Positions 1 to 7,896 of a DNA stretch of 64,000 nucleotides are shown one piece after another. Source of the DNA: an uncultured virus (IMG/VR IMGVR_UViG_3300035670_005636) (Duplodnaviria > Heunggongvirae > Uroviricota > Caudoviricetes); the IMG/VR virus record IMGVR_UViG_3300035670_005636. One strand, given 5' to 3'. The notes under the pieces were generated by a model. The model saw only the letters and a list, made by a program, of their open reading frames with translations, made no database searches and was not told the origin of the DNA. Every line of letters begins with the position of its first letter. The stretch's first letter is position 1. A program made the position numbers and the translations under genes.

Positions 1-1
1 C

Positions 2-670
2 TGGATTGGTATTCATATGGGCGAAAAAGAACATGCAAATTTTATCACAGTATATAAAGCATGGTGTGATATCTATCGGATGTTGAATCTTGAACCACCG
101 ACAGATTACTACGAGTTTTTACCACAGCTTGATTTAGATTATTTCAATCTAAAACCTGCTACGAAATGGTTAGATGAACATGAGAATAAACCATTTGTTT
201 TGATATGTAACGGAAAACAACAAAGCGAACAAAGCGACATGGGCAACATGCGCCGAATTATTGATTTGGTCGCAAATGATTATCCTGATTATAACTTTCT
301 TGTATGTGATAAGTTGAATCTAGAAAAGAGTAATGTATTTTATACTGATGATTTGTTTGGCGGATCTACAGGCAATCTACCTCATATTTCATACATGAGC
401 AACTTCTCAAAACTTATCATTGGCAAGAATAGTGGTCCGTTTACATTCGCACATAATTTGTTGAACAATTCAAATCCTGAACAAACATTCCTATGCTTCA
501 GTAAAAATATGAAACATTGTTTGGCAGGTGAAGGTGAGTATCATGCGACACATTTGTTTAGTGATACAACAGACGATGATGAAGCTATACAAATTATAAT
601 CAACACCATTGAAACTCTTGATGCGCCAAGAGCGAATGAAAGAAAGAAAATTATGCAGGTGTATCCATGA
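2..670 (+). CDS. putative glycosyltransferase (GT-B-like), probably 5'-truncated by the window edge
   Basis: Frame is open upstream of the ATG at 17 (WIGIHMG...). C-terminal 'SKLIIGKNSGPFTFA' resembles the GT9-type 'ligxDSGpxH' motif. Lies in a glycan gene cluster. Confidence 0.5.
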   Translation, partial: WIGIHMGEKEHANFITVYKAWCDIYRMLNLEPPTDYYEFLPQLDLDYFNLKPATKWLDEHENKPFVLICNGKQQSEQSDMGNMRRIIDLVANDYPDYNFLVCDKLNLEKSNVFYTDDLFGGSTGNLPHISYMSNFSKLIIGKNSGPFTFAHNLLNNSNPEQTFLCFSKNMKHCLAGEGEYHATHLFSDTTDDDEAIQIIINTIETLDAPRANERKKIMQVYP

Positions 671-1605
671 AGAAAGTTTTAGTGTTTACTGGTCCTGAGC
701 AAAACTGTGGCATCTATCAGTATGGTGCAGCATTAGTTGATGCATTTAATGAAGCAAGTTCAGAGTATGTATTTGAACTTGTACCAACCGCTGATAAAAT
801 GTTTGCTAGGGATAAAATTGCAAGTGAGATGCCAGCAGCAATCATTTACAACCATCATCCTTGGACGTTGGGTTGGTTAGATTCAGGCTTCACTAGACCA
901 GTTAGAAATGAATTGAGCATTAAACAAATTATGATAACAGGGCATGAACATATCAATCAATATGTTGGTGTTGATGCATATGTTCATACTGATCCAAGAT
1001 TTATACCACATGGAACAAGCTATGCTGCAATACCACCAGTTATATATTACGATGACGTAGCATACGCACCACCGAGTGATGTTATAAAAATTGGCACTAG
1101 TGGTCTTGCAAATAGAACAAAGAACATTAATCGTATGATTGAAATGATTAATGAGCAATTTACTAAAGATGTCATTTTCAATTTGCATGTGATTGATGGC
1201 AAGTATATTGATCCATCAGGTGCTTTGACAAATGATTTAATCGCATCATGTAGGGCTATCGCAAAGAGCAATGTTGAAATTCGTGTATGTAGAGATTTCT
1301 TTAATAGAAAAGATTTAGTTAAGTGGTTAAATGGTAATGATATCAATCTTTACGTTTATAACAGTGCTGCACAAGTTCCTGGTGTCAGTGCATCAATAGA
1401 CAAAGCATTAGCATCTAAGAAACCTTTTGGTGTGAATAGTGACATTCTATTATCACATGTTCGCAAAACACATAACAATTTAGATAGAGTGTCAATACAA
1501 TCTATCATTGATGCTGGTGTAGAACCACTTCAAGAATTTTATGATGAATGGAATCCACAGAAATTAGTAGAGCGATATGAAAATATCATTGATGCTTCAA
1601 GGTGA
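667..1605 (+). CDS. glycosyltransferase (GT-B/GT4-like)
   Basis: N-terminal 'NCGIYQYG', 'KIGTSG...KN', C-terminal 'SASIDKALASKKP' nucleotide-sugar-binding-like segment. Confidence 0.6.
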   Translation: MKKVLVFTGPEQNCGIYQYGAALVDAFNEASSEYVFELVPTADKMFARDKIASEMPAAIIYNHHPWTLGWLDSGFTRPVRNELSIKQIMITGHEHINQYVGVDAYVHTDPRFIPHGTSYAAIPPVIYYDDVAYAPPSDVIKIGTSGLANRTKNINRMIEMINEQFTKDVIFNLHVIDGKYIDPSGALTNDLIASCRAIAKSNVEIRVCRDFFNRKDLVKWLNGNDINLYVYNSAAQVPGVSASIDKALASKKPFGVNSDILLSHVRKTHNNLDRVSIQSIIDAGVEPLQEFYDEWNPQKLVERYENIIDASR

Positions 1606-2299
1606 ATGTAATTCATTTACGTTAGCAATTATAGAGCAATATGCAACGTTAGATTTCGTTGACAAAATTGTTCTATCTACATATCGCACTGACATTAAAT
1701 ATCCATCTAATGTTCATGTGATATTCAATGATATAGTAAATCCTCGTGGTACAGGCAATCGCAATCTTCAAATCAATACAAGCAGAAATGGATTGAATGT
1801 TATAGAATCCGAGTTTTGTGCTAAGATGCGTACGGATCAATTCATACGTCTACATAGCATGGAAATGATGCACAAGTTTGCTGCTGATAGAATGCAGGAC
1901 GGTAGAATTTTTGTGATGGGTATGTACAGAGCATTTCCATATCATCCACGAGATCATGTGTTTTGGGGTAGAACTGAAGATGTCAAGAAAGTTTTTGATA
2001 TACCTTTTGATATGAATCCTAATTTTGACCAGAATTATACTCATAAGACAAGGGCTGAAACTTACATAGGGCAATTTTACTATGCAAGATTTGATCCTTC
2101 AATTCAATTACATATAGATAATCCGTTGATGTATACTGTAGACGCTGCACCTAAATTAAATGAAGCGTTAGCAAAAGATTTCGCAATTCGTGATCAAGTT
2201 TTTGTGCCGTTTCCTAAAGTGAGTATGTCTTGGCCTAAGCACAATCTACAAGAATACCACTATCACGTTGGTGAGGCTTATACTGAATATTGGAGTTAG
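1577..2299 (+). CDS. WavE-like lipopolysaccharide synthesis protein
   Basis: 'ISLMLQG', 'IVLST', 'NRNLQINTSRNGL', 'KMRTDQ', 'HPRDHVFWG' follow the WavE family pattern. Confidence 0.65.
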   Translation: MKISLMLQGECNSFTLAIIEQYATLDFVDKIVLSTYRTDIKYPSNVHVIFNDIVNPRGTGNRNLQINTSRNGLNVIESEFCAKMRTDQFIRLHSMEMMHKFAADRMQDGRIFVMGMYRAFPYHPRDHVFWGRTEDVKKVFDIPFDMNPNFDQNYTHKTRAETYIGQFYYARFDPSIQLHIDNPLMYTVDAAPKLNEALAKDFAIRDQVFVPFPKVSMSWPKHNLQEYHYHVGEAYTEYWS

Positions 2300-2300
2300 C

Positions 2301-2840
2301 ATGATTAAATTAATTATACTTGATGTAGATGGTGTTATGACTGATGGTCGTAAATACTACGACAGAGAAGGTAAAAGTCAAAATTTAAAAAAGTTTTGTG
2401 ATAAAGATTGGACAGCAATTAAGCGATTCAAAGCACTAGGATTGCCTGTAATATTTCTTACTGGTGATCCATTTAATATTGGGATTGCTACAAAAAGAAA
2501 CATAGATGTTTATGTGAATCGGTCAGATACACATCACGTAGACAAAATACAAATGTTGCCGAGTTTGTGTGATGAATATAAAGTTGAACCCACGAATATT
2601 GTATATGTTGGTGATGATATCTTTGACGTAAGACTTCTTGCTGCTGTTGGTTATCCATTCTGCCCAAGTGATTCTCCAAGTCGTGTAAAAGCAATTGCAC
2701 AGCATCTAAACGGCAAAGGTGGTGAAAATTTAATTGCAGAATTATTTGAAATTTTAGACTTTGCAGGCGAATTGCCTGATTACTCTTTTCATGACCATCT
2801 AGAAAAAGTTTATGAAATTGACATAAAGGAAAGATTTTGA
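2301..2840 (+). CDS. HAD phosphatase, KdsC/YrbI (KDO8P phosphatase)-like
   Basis: 'LDVDGVMTDG' motif I and 'YVGDDIFD' motif IV. ATG at 2301 follows a GGAG SD. Confidence 0.8.
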   Translation: MIKLIILDVDGVMTDGRKYYDREGKSQNLKKFCDKDWTAIKRFKALGLPVIFLTGDPFNIGIATKRNIDVYVNRSDTHHVDKIQMLPSLCDEYKVEPTNIVYVGDDIFDVRLLAAVGYPFCPSDSPSRVKAIAQHLNGKGGENLIAELFEILDFAGELPDYSFHDHLEKVYEIDIKERF

Positions 2841-3490
2841 GAGACTTCGGCCTTTACGGGCATTTAGTATTTGATACTGTATTGGATGTCAATACATACT
2901 ACGACACAGGTGGTATTGCAAATGTATGGAGAGCATTGAAGCATTTAAATTCCAAAGCAGACATTCATGTTTCGCCAACTGCTATAGGTTATTCTACAAT
3001 CACAATTGATAGAGAAAAGACAGAAAGATATAGCGATTCTGATTTAAATGCGTCTACCATATTACCAACAATCATTCAAGCAAGAGTCAATCATATCGCA
3101 TACATAAACGAGTTAGAGGAAACATTCTTTATTCGGCATTTAGAAGGTATTGTTTGCGCTGATATATGCACAGGTGAACCATTAGATGATGAATTGTTGG
3201 ACATGATTGATTATCTTTTTGTATCTGAAGAAGACTTGAGATTGATTAAAACTCCTGATAGAATTAGAGGTATCATCGTTGTTCATTCGCCGAGAAGAAG
3301 TTATTTTTATCATAACAAATATGAGTGTACTGGCGATTATATTGAAGGATTAAATGTGTTAGGTGCTGGTGATTATTTTGCTGCACGATTTATGGTAGGT
3401 CTACATAAGAATCATTTACCTGAAAAGTGTTTGCGAGATGCACATAGAGAAACTACAAAATTTTGGAAAGATAGTTATGGGAAAACCTAA
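2837..3490 (+). CDS. PfkB/ribokinase-family carbohydrate kinase
   Basis: 'GGIANV' near the N-terminus and 'NVLGAGDYFAA' anion-hole signature. Confidence 0.75.
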   Translation: MRDFGLYGHLVFDTVLDVNTYYDTGGIANVWRALKHLNSKADIHVSPTAIGYSTITIDREKTERYSDSDLNASTILPTIIQARVNHIAYINELEETFFIRHLEGIVCADICTGEPLDDELLDMIDYLFVSEEDLRLIKTPDRIRGIIVVHSPRRSYFYHNKYECTGDYIEGLNVLGAGDYFAARFMVGLHKNHLPEKCLRDAHRETTKFWKDSYGKT

Positions 3491-4643
3491 TATACTTGTA
3501 CCGATGGCTGGTTTGGGCAGTCGCTTTCAAAAAGAAGGCTTTACTGTACCAAAACAACTTATCAATATCCATGACAGACATTTGATTGACATTTCGTTAG
3601 CATGTTTGAAGACTGACGATTGCAATCTAATTTTTATTATTCGTGACGAACATGTTTATAACTTTCGCATGGATGAAATTCTAAAGAAAAAGTTTGGCGA
3701 CAATTGCCAAGTCATCGTTTTGGATCATTTGACAAGAGGTTCAGTTGAGAGTTGCTTGTATGCTGAGAGTCTAATTGATAACACTGATTCACTTATCATT
3801 CATACACTTGATATAGAATTTGAACCACAATATGATCCTTATGATATGCTCAAGTGGGATGCAGATGGTATGATTCTGACTTTCAAATCAAATAGCACAA
3901 ACTACAGTTACGCTAAAGATGTTGGTGGGCGTGTCGTTGAGACTGCTGAAAAGAAAGCAATTAGTGGTGATGCATGTGTAGGTATTTATGGATTTAGAAA
4001 TGGTGCGACATTTGTTAAGTATGCTAAAGAGATGATAGCAAAAGACATCCGAACAAACAATGAATTCTATATTGCACCATTATACAATCTTCTCATTCAG
4101 AATGGTTTAAAGGTTGTATCTTATCCAGTCCAGAAGATGCATGTCTTTGGTACACCTGAAGAGTATAGGTTTTATAAGAACAATGCAATTAAGAACTTAG
4201 GCAATACAACAAAGCCGATTGCTCTATGTTCGGATCATTCTGGCTTCGCTGAAAAAGAAATATTCAAATTTGTTCTGAGTGAATACTTTCATATGAAGTG
4301 GATTGACTTTGGCACTTTTGTAGACCGTGATTGTAATTATAAAGATTACATTGGTCAAGCAGCAAAAGCAATTCAAGACGGTGACTGTGACTTTGCTTTT
4401 GGTTTCTGTAGGACAGGCCAAGGCGTCAATATGTGTGCTAACAAATTCAAAGGCATTCGGTCAGCACTCATCTATGACTATCACGCAATGGAAATGGCGA
4501 TTCGTCATAATTGTGCTAACTTCTTTGCAATACCATCTAAGCTAGCAACATCAAAAGATTGGTTAGCGGATCTTATGTATCTTGCAATCAAGCACACATT
4601 TGATGGTGGTAGACATCAAATTAGGATACAGGAATTAGAATGA
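3477..4643 (+). CDS. sugar-phosphate nucleotidyltransferase fused to RpiB/LacAB-type isomerase
   Basis: N-terminal 'VPMAGLGSRF...PKQLI' and 'AEKK'; C-terminal 'SDHSG', 'FCRTGQG...ANKFKGIR', 'RHNCAN', 'FDGGRHQIRI' are RpiB motifs. Confidence 0.85.
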   Translation: MGKPNILVPMAGLGSRFQKEGFTVPKQLINIHDRHLIDISLACLKTDDCNLIFIIRDEHVYNFRMDEILKKKFGDNCQVIVLDHLTRGSVESCLYAESLIDNTDSLIIHTLDIEFEPQYDPYDMLKWDADGMILTFKSNSTNYSYAKDVGGRVVETAEKKAISGDACVGIYGFRNGATFVKYAKEMIAKDIRTNNEFYIAPLYNLLIQNGLKVVSYPVQKMHVFGTPEEYRFYKNNAIKNLGNTTKPIALCSDHSGFAEKEIFKFVLSEYFHMKWIDFGTFVDRDCNYKDYIGQAAKAIQDGDCDFAFGFCRTGQGVNMCANKFKGIRSALIYDYHAMEMAIRHNCANFFAIPSKLATSKDWLADLMYLAIKHTFDGGRHQIRIQELE

Positions 4644-4972
4644 TTGTATCAAACATTGAAAAGTATTTCAAAGGATGGTTTGTTGGTGACTTTGAGAATT
4701 CAATTTATAGAACGAATCTTTTTGAAGTCGGCCATCACAAACATCCTAAGAATGATCCAACGTTCGCACATTATCATAAACTTACAACGGAGTTAAATTA
4801 TATCGTTCGTGGTGAACTCAATGTATCTGGTTTACATCTAAAGACTGGTGACATGTGGATCTACGAAGCAAATGAAATTTCAAATGTAACCTTCTTGGAA
4901 GACACCGAACTCATTGTAGTGCGGTGGCCAAGCATACCAACGGACAAATACGATGCTACTCATTGCACATAG
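4640..4972 (+). CDS. cupin-fold protein
   Basis: 'KGWFVGDF' and 'HYHK..TE.NYIVRG' cupin motif. Confidence 0.65.
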   Translation: MIVSNIEKYFKGWFVGDFENSIYRTNLFEVGHHKHPKNDPTFAHYHKLTTELNYIVRGELNVSGLHLKTGDMWIYEANEISNVTFLEDTELIVVRWPSIPTDKYDATHCT

Positions 4973-5405
4973 AGGTCTGATGAACGGACCAAATACAACG
5001 TTAGAAAACTTTCCTGACCAAATTCGGTATGCAATAAAATCTGGATATCAATGCGAGATTGATTTATGGCGTGTCTATGACCAATTCTACTTAGGGCATG
5101 ATGAACCACAACATAAGATTGACGAAGAGTTTTTATACGACAATGCTACACTGTTATGGATCCATGCAAAGAATGTAGAAGCATTGGAATGGTTAACCAA
5201 AACAAATCTTCACTACTTCTGGCATGATAAGGACGCATACACACTGACAAGTCATGGTTTCATATGGGCTTATCCTAAGAGCAAATTAACCAAAACGTCT
5301 GTATGTGTTATGCCAGAGCAGTTCATAGCCTTAGAAAAGTGTTCCAAATTAGAATGCTATGCAATCTGTTCGGATTATGTTGACAAACTATCTGGAATCG
5401 TGTAG
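4953..5405 (+). CDS. glycerophosphodiester phosphodiesterase-like protein
   Basis: 'IAHRG', 'EN', 'EID', 'LGHD', 'ICSD' GDPD/PLC-like motifs. Confidence 0.75.
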   Translation: MLLIAHRGLMNGPNTTLENFPDQIRYAIKSGYQCEIDLWRVYDQFYLGHDEPQHKIDEEFLYDNATLLWIHAKNVEALEWLTKTNLHYFWHDKDAYTLTSHGFIWAYPKSKLTKTSVCVMPEQFIALEKCSKLECYAICSDYVDKLSGIV

Positions 5406-5408
5406 AAT
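5380..5408 (+). promoter_or_regulatory. sigma70-type (early) promoter
   Basis: TTGACA (5380-5385), 17 nt, TAGAAT (5403-5408), upstream of hydrolase/gp33/gp59. Confidence 0.65.
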
Positions 5409-5452
5409 ACTAAATATATAGGGAATTGTTCCCTTCTACACAAGGAGCAGAT

Positions 5453-5977
5453 ATGAAAACCTTTCCAAAGGTTGTAGTGTTACTCTTTTCTTTGCTTTTT
5501 GCAGTCTCATCTTACGCACTAGATCCACAATCATTACTGAAGAGCAAAGATACAAGTAAAATTGACTTGTACTGGATGGCACTTAATATTTACCACGAAG
5601 CAGGCAACCAACCATCTATTGGTAAGATAGCAGTTGGTATGGTTGTACTCAATCGCTTAGCCGACAAACAAAATAGATTTCCTAAGAACATTAAGGATAT
5701 TGTAACGCAAGATTGTCAGTTCTCTTGGTATTGTATCATAAAGGATCACAAGCCTAAGAACATGGACATGTGGAAACAATCTTATAAAGTTGCAGAATTT
5801 CTCTTGACAGGATACAAAAAAGGCATTATGATAGACGTTGTAGAAGGTGCTACGCACTTTCATGCAACTTACGTGAAACCACCTTGGGCAAAGACTGCAA
5901 CCAAAGTCGTGCAAATTGGCGACCACATTTTCTATCGTTGGGGAAAGGATGTCCAAAAAACAAAAATGCGAATCTAA
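5453..5977 (+). CDS. SleB/CwlJ-type cell wall hydrolase (Hydrolase_2) with N-terminal signal peptide
   Basis: 'NIYHEA', 'VVLNR', 'CQFSW', 'GATHFHA.YV.P.W', 'IGDHIFY'. AAGGAG SD before ATG 5453; hydrophobic N-terminus. Confidence 0.85.
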   Translation: MKTFPKVVVLLFSLLFAVSSYALDPQSLLKSKDTSKIDLYWMALNIYHEAGNQPSIGKIAVGMVVLNRLADKQNRFPKNIKDIVTQDCQFSWYCIIKDHKPKNMDMWKQSYKVAEFLLTGYKKGIMIDVVEGATHFHATYVKPPWAKTATKVVQIGDHIFYRWGKDVQKTKMRI

Positions 5978-5978
5978 T

Positions 5979-6230
5979 ATGAATTTGAATATATTAACAA
6001 GTAAAGAATTTGAACGGCACATTACTGGTATCATGCGAGAAAAACATCCAATTACAATGATTGATGCGATTGTTCTATATTGCGAAGAAAAGAATATAGA
6101 AATTGAAACTGCTGCTGCATTGGTTTCACCTCGCATGAAAAGTAAAATTGAAACTGAAGCAATGGATTCTAATATGATTATGAGAAAAGCGAGACTGCCA
6201 ATTGACGACGATGAAAATGGAAGCGATTGA
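5979..6230 (+). CDS. 33: late transcription coactivator (T4 gp33-like)
   Basis: 'IDAIVLYCEEKNIEIE...KSKIETEA' and position before gp59/gp32. Confidence 0.8.
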   Translation: MNLNILTSKEFERHITGIMREKHPITMIDAIVLYCEEKNIEIETAAALVSPRMKSKIETEAMDSNMIMRKARLPIDDDENGSD

Positions 6231-6807
6231 TGCTTATAAAACTTACATCGCATTGAAACATCATTTCACACTTGACACTTACGATTATTTTAGATACAAT
6301 AAGAAGACTAGAGTTACACTAGATTCTTTTCTAAAACGAAAAGATAGAATCTTTTTTGCCAAATTAGGCAATCGGAAAGACGCATACCTTGAAAGTTTTC
6401 TTGTAGCAAACTTTCTATATCAGACAAACATGTGGGTTGGTGAATTGTTATCTGATGAATGTGAAGACAGATATAAAGACTGGAAAAGAAGACAAGAATC
6501 TTTAAGTTATCATTTTAAAAGCGAAATGGAATTTATAAGTGATTTGTCTCCTGAAGAATTCAATAAGTTATTTCATCCAGTGAATGGTAATCATCCTGAA
6601 ATCATTCAAAAGTATATGCGAAAAGAAATTAGTTTGGAGACACTATGTATACTTGATCACATACTAAAGTTTATACACAAAACAGACAAAATTATATCAG
6701 ATCCTATCTACATTGATATTAGCAAGTTATGCAAAAAATACCAGCCCTTCTTAAAAGTAGACATACCGAAACTGAAGTTGCTCCTAAAGCAATTGGTACA
6801 GAAATAA
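6211..6807 (+). CDS. 59: helicase loader (T4 gp59-like)
   Basis: 'AYKTYIALKHHF...YDYFRYN', 'ISLETL'; synteny 33-59-32. Confidence 0.85.
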   Translation: MKMEAIDAYKTYIALKHHFTLDTYDYFRYNKKTRVTLDSFLKRKDRIFFAKLGNRKDAYLESFLVANFLYQTNMWVGELLSDECEDRYKDWKRRQESLSYHFKSEMEFISDLSPEEFNKLFHPVNGNHPEIIQKYMRKEISLETLCILDHILKFIHKTDKIISDPIYIDISKLCKKYQPFLKVDIPKLKLLLKQLVQK

Positions 6808-6835
6808 AAAAGGTTGTAAAAAGACAAATTTGTGC

Positions 6836-6864
6836 TTTACTTACGCAAAAAAGTAGTGTAGAAT
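6836..6864 (+). promoter_or_regulatory. sigma70/T4-early-like promoter for gene 32
   Basis: TTTACT (6836-6841), 17 nt, TAGAAT (6859-6864). Confidence 0.5.
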
Positions 6865-6946
6865 TACTATATACTCATGTAGATAATGATACATGTGGAC
6901 AAGAGTAATATATTTTTTAATACATTTTTAATACGAGGTACTACAT

Positions 6947-7837
6947 ATGGCAAGTTCATTCGCTGATCTAAAAAAATCACGCTCACAAGCCCTAGAGAAG
7001 TTGACGGGCGAACTCTCAAAACTCAGCAATAAAGAAGAAGGTAAAAAGTCATACGAAGATGACCGCTTCTGGAAACCTACGGTTGACAAAGCAGGCAACG
7101 GAATGGCTACAATTCGCTTTCTACCTTCACCAGAAGGTGAAGACATGCCCTGGGTTCAAGTTTTTTCACATTCAATCCAAGGTCCTACTGGTCAGTGGTT
7201 GATTGATAATTGCTTGACTACCATCAATCAAAAGTGCCCAGTGTGTGAGCATAACACTGTTCTATGGAACTCTGGCATTGAAGCAAACAAAGAAGTTGTC
7301 CGCAAACAAAAGCGTAAACTTCAGTATATCGCAAACATTTATATCGTTAAAGATCCTTCAAATCCTGAAAATGATGGTACTGTCCGTCTGTTCAAGTTCG
7401 GTAAGAAAATCTTTGACAAACTAAATGACCTCATGAATCCTGAATTTGAAGATGAATCACCTGTCAATCCATTTGATTTGTGGGAAGGTGCTAACTTCAA
7501 ACTGAAGATTCGCAAAGTTGAAGGTTATCAAAACTATGACAAATCAGAATTTGATAAGCCAAGCCCATTGTCTAAAGATGACGATGATTTAGAACGTATT
7601 TGGAAGTCTGAGCATAGACTCGGTGAATTCCTTGATAAGACAAACTTCAAGTCTTATGACCAAATTAAAGAACGTTTGAATGTCGTTCTAGGAATTACCG
7701 CTGCTGCAATCACTGGCACATCTTCGCCTGTTCAAAGAGTTGCACAACAAAACACTGCACCTGTTACAAAAACTGCTGCTGACGATGAGAGTGATGAAGA
7801 TTTAAGTTATTTTGAAAAGTTAGCAGAGGAAGATTGA
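6947..7837 (+). CDS. 32: single-stranded DNA-binding protein (T4 gp32)
   Basis: 'DDRFWKP.VDKAGNG.A.IRFLP', zinc ligands 'NCLTT...CPVCE', 'GANFKLKIRKVEGY.NYD.SEF', acidic tail. Confidence 0.97.
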   Translation: MASSFADLKKSRSQALEKLTGELSKLSNKEEGKKSYEDDRFWKPTVDKAGNGMATIRFLPSPEGEDMPWVQVFSHSIQGPTGQWLIDNCLTTINQKCPVCEHNTVLWNSGIEANKEVVRKQKRKLQYIANIYIVKDPSNPENDGTVRLFKFGKKIFDKLNDLMNPEFEDESPVNPFDLWEGANFKLKIRKVEGYQNYDKSEFDKPSPLSKDDDDLERIWKSEHRLGEFLDKTNFKSYDQIKERLNVVLGITAAAITGTSSPVQRVAQQNTAPVTKTAADDESDEDLSYFEKLAEED

Positions 7838-7871
7838 CGGTTGATTTGATTTCTCCTTAAGGGTGTTTTTG

Positions 7872-7896
7872 GGTGGCAGAAATGCCACCTTTTTTT
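7872..7896 (+). terminator. rho-independent terminator between convergent genes
   Basis: GGTGGCA-GAAA-TGCCACC hairpin followed by a T-run, between gp32 and the minus-strand 1717-aa gene. Confidence 0.85.

Noticed and set aside
5453..5480. 'MKTF' start of the hydrolase as a capsid-targeting sequence
   Set aside because: It is followed by a hydrophobic stretch ending in 'SYA', which fits a signal peptide better.
5657..6253. 198-aa minus-strand ORF
   Set aside because: Overlaps well-supported plus-strand genes (hydrolase, gp33, gp59) and has no recognisable features.
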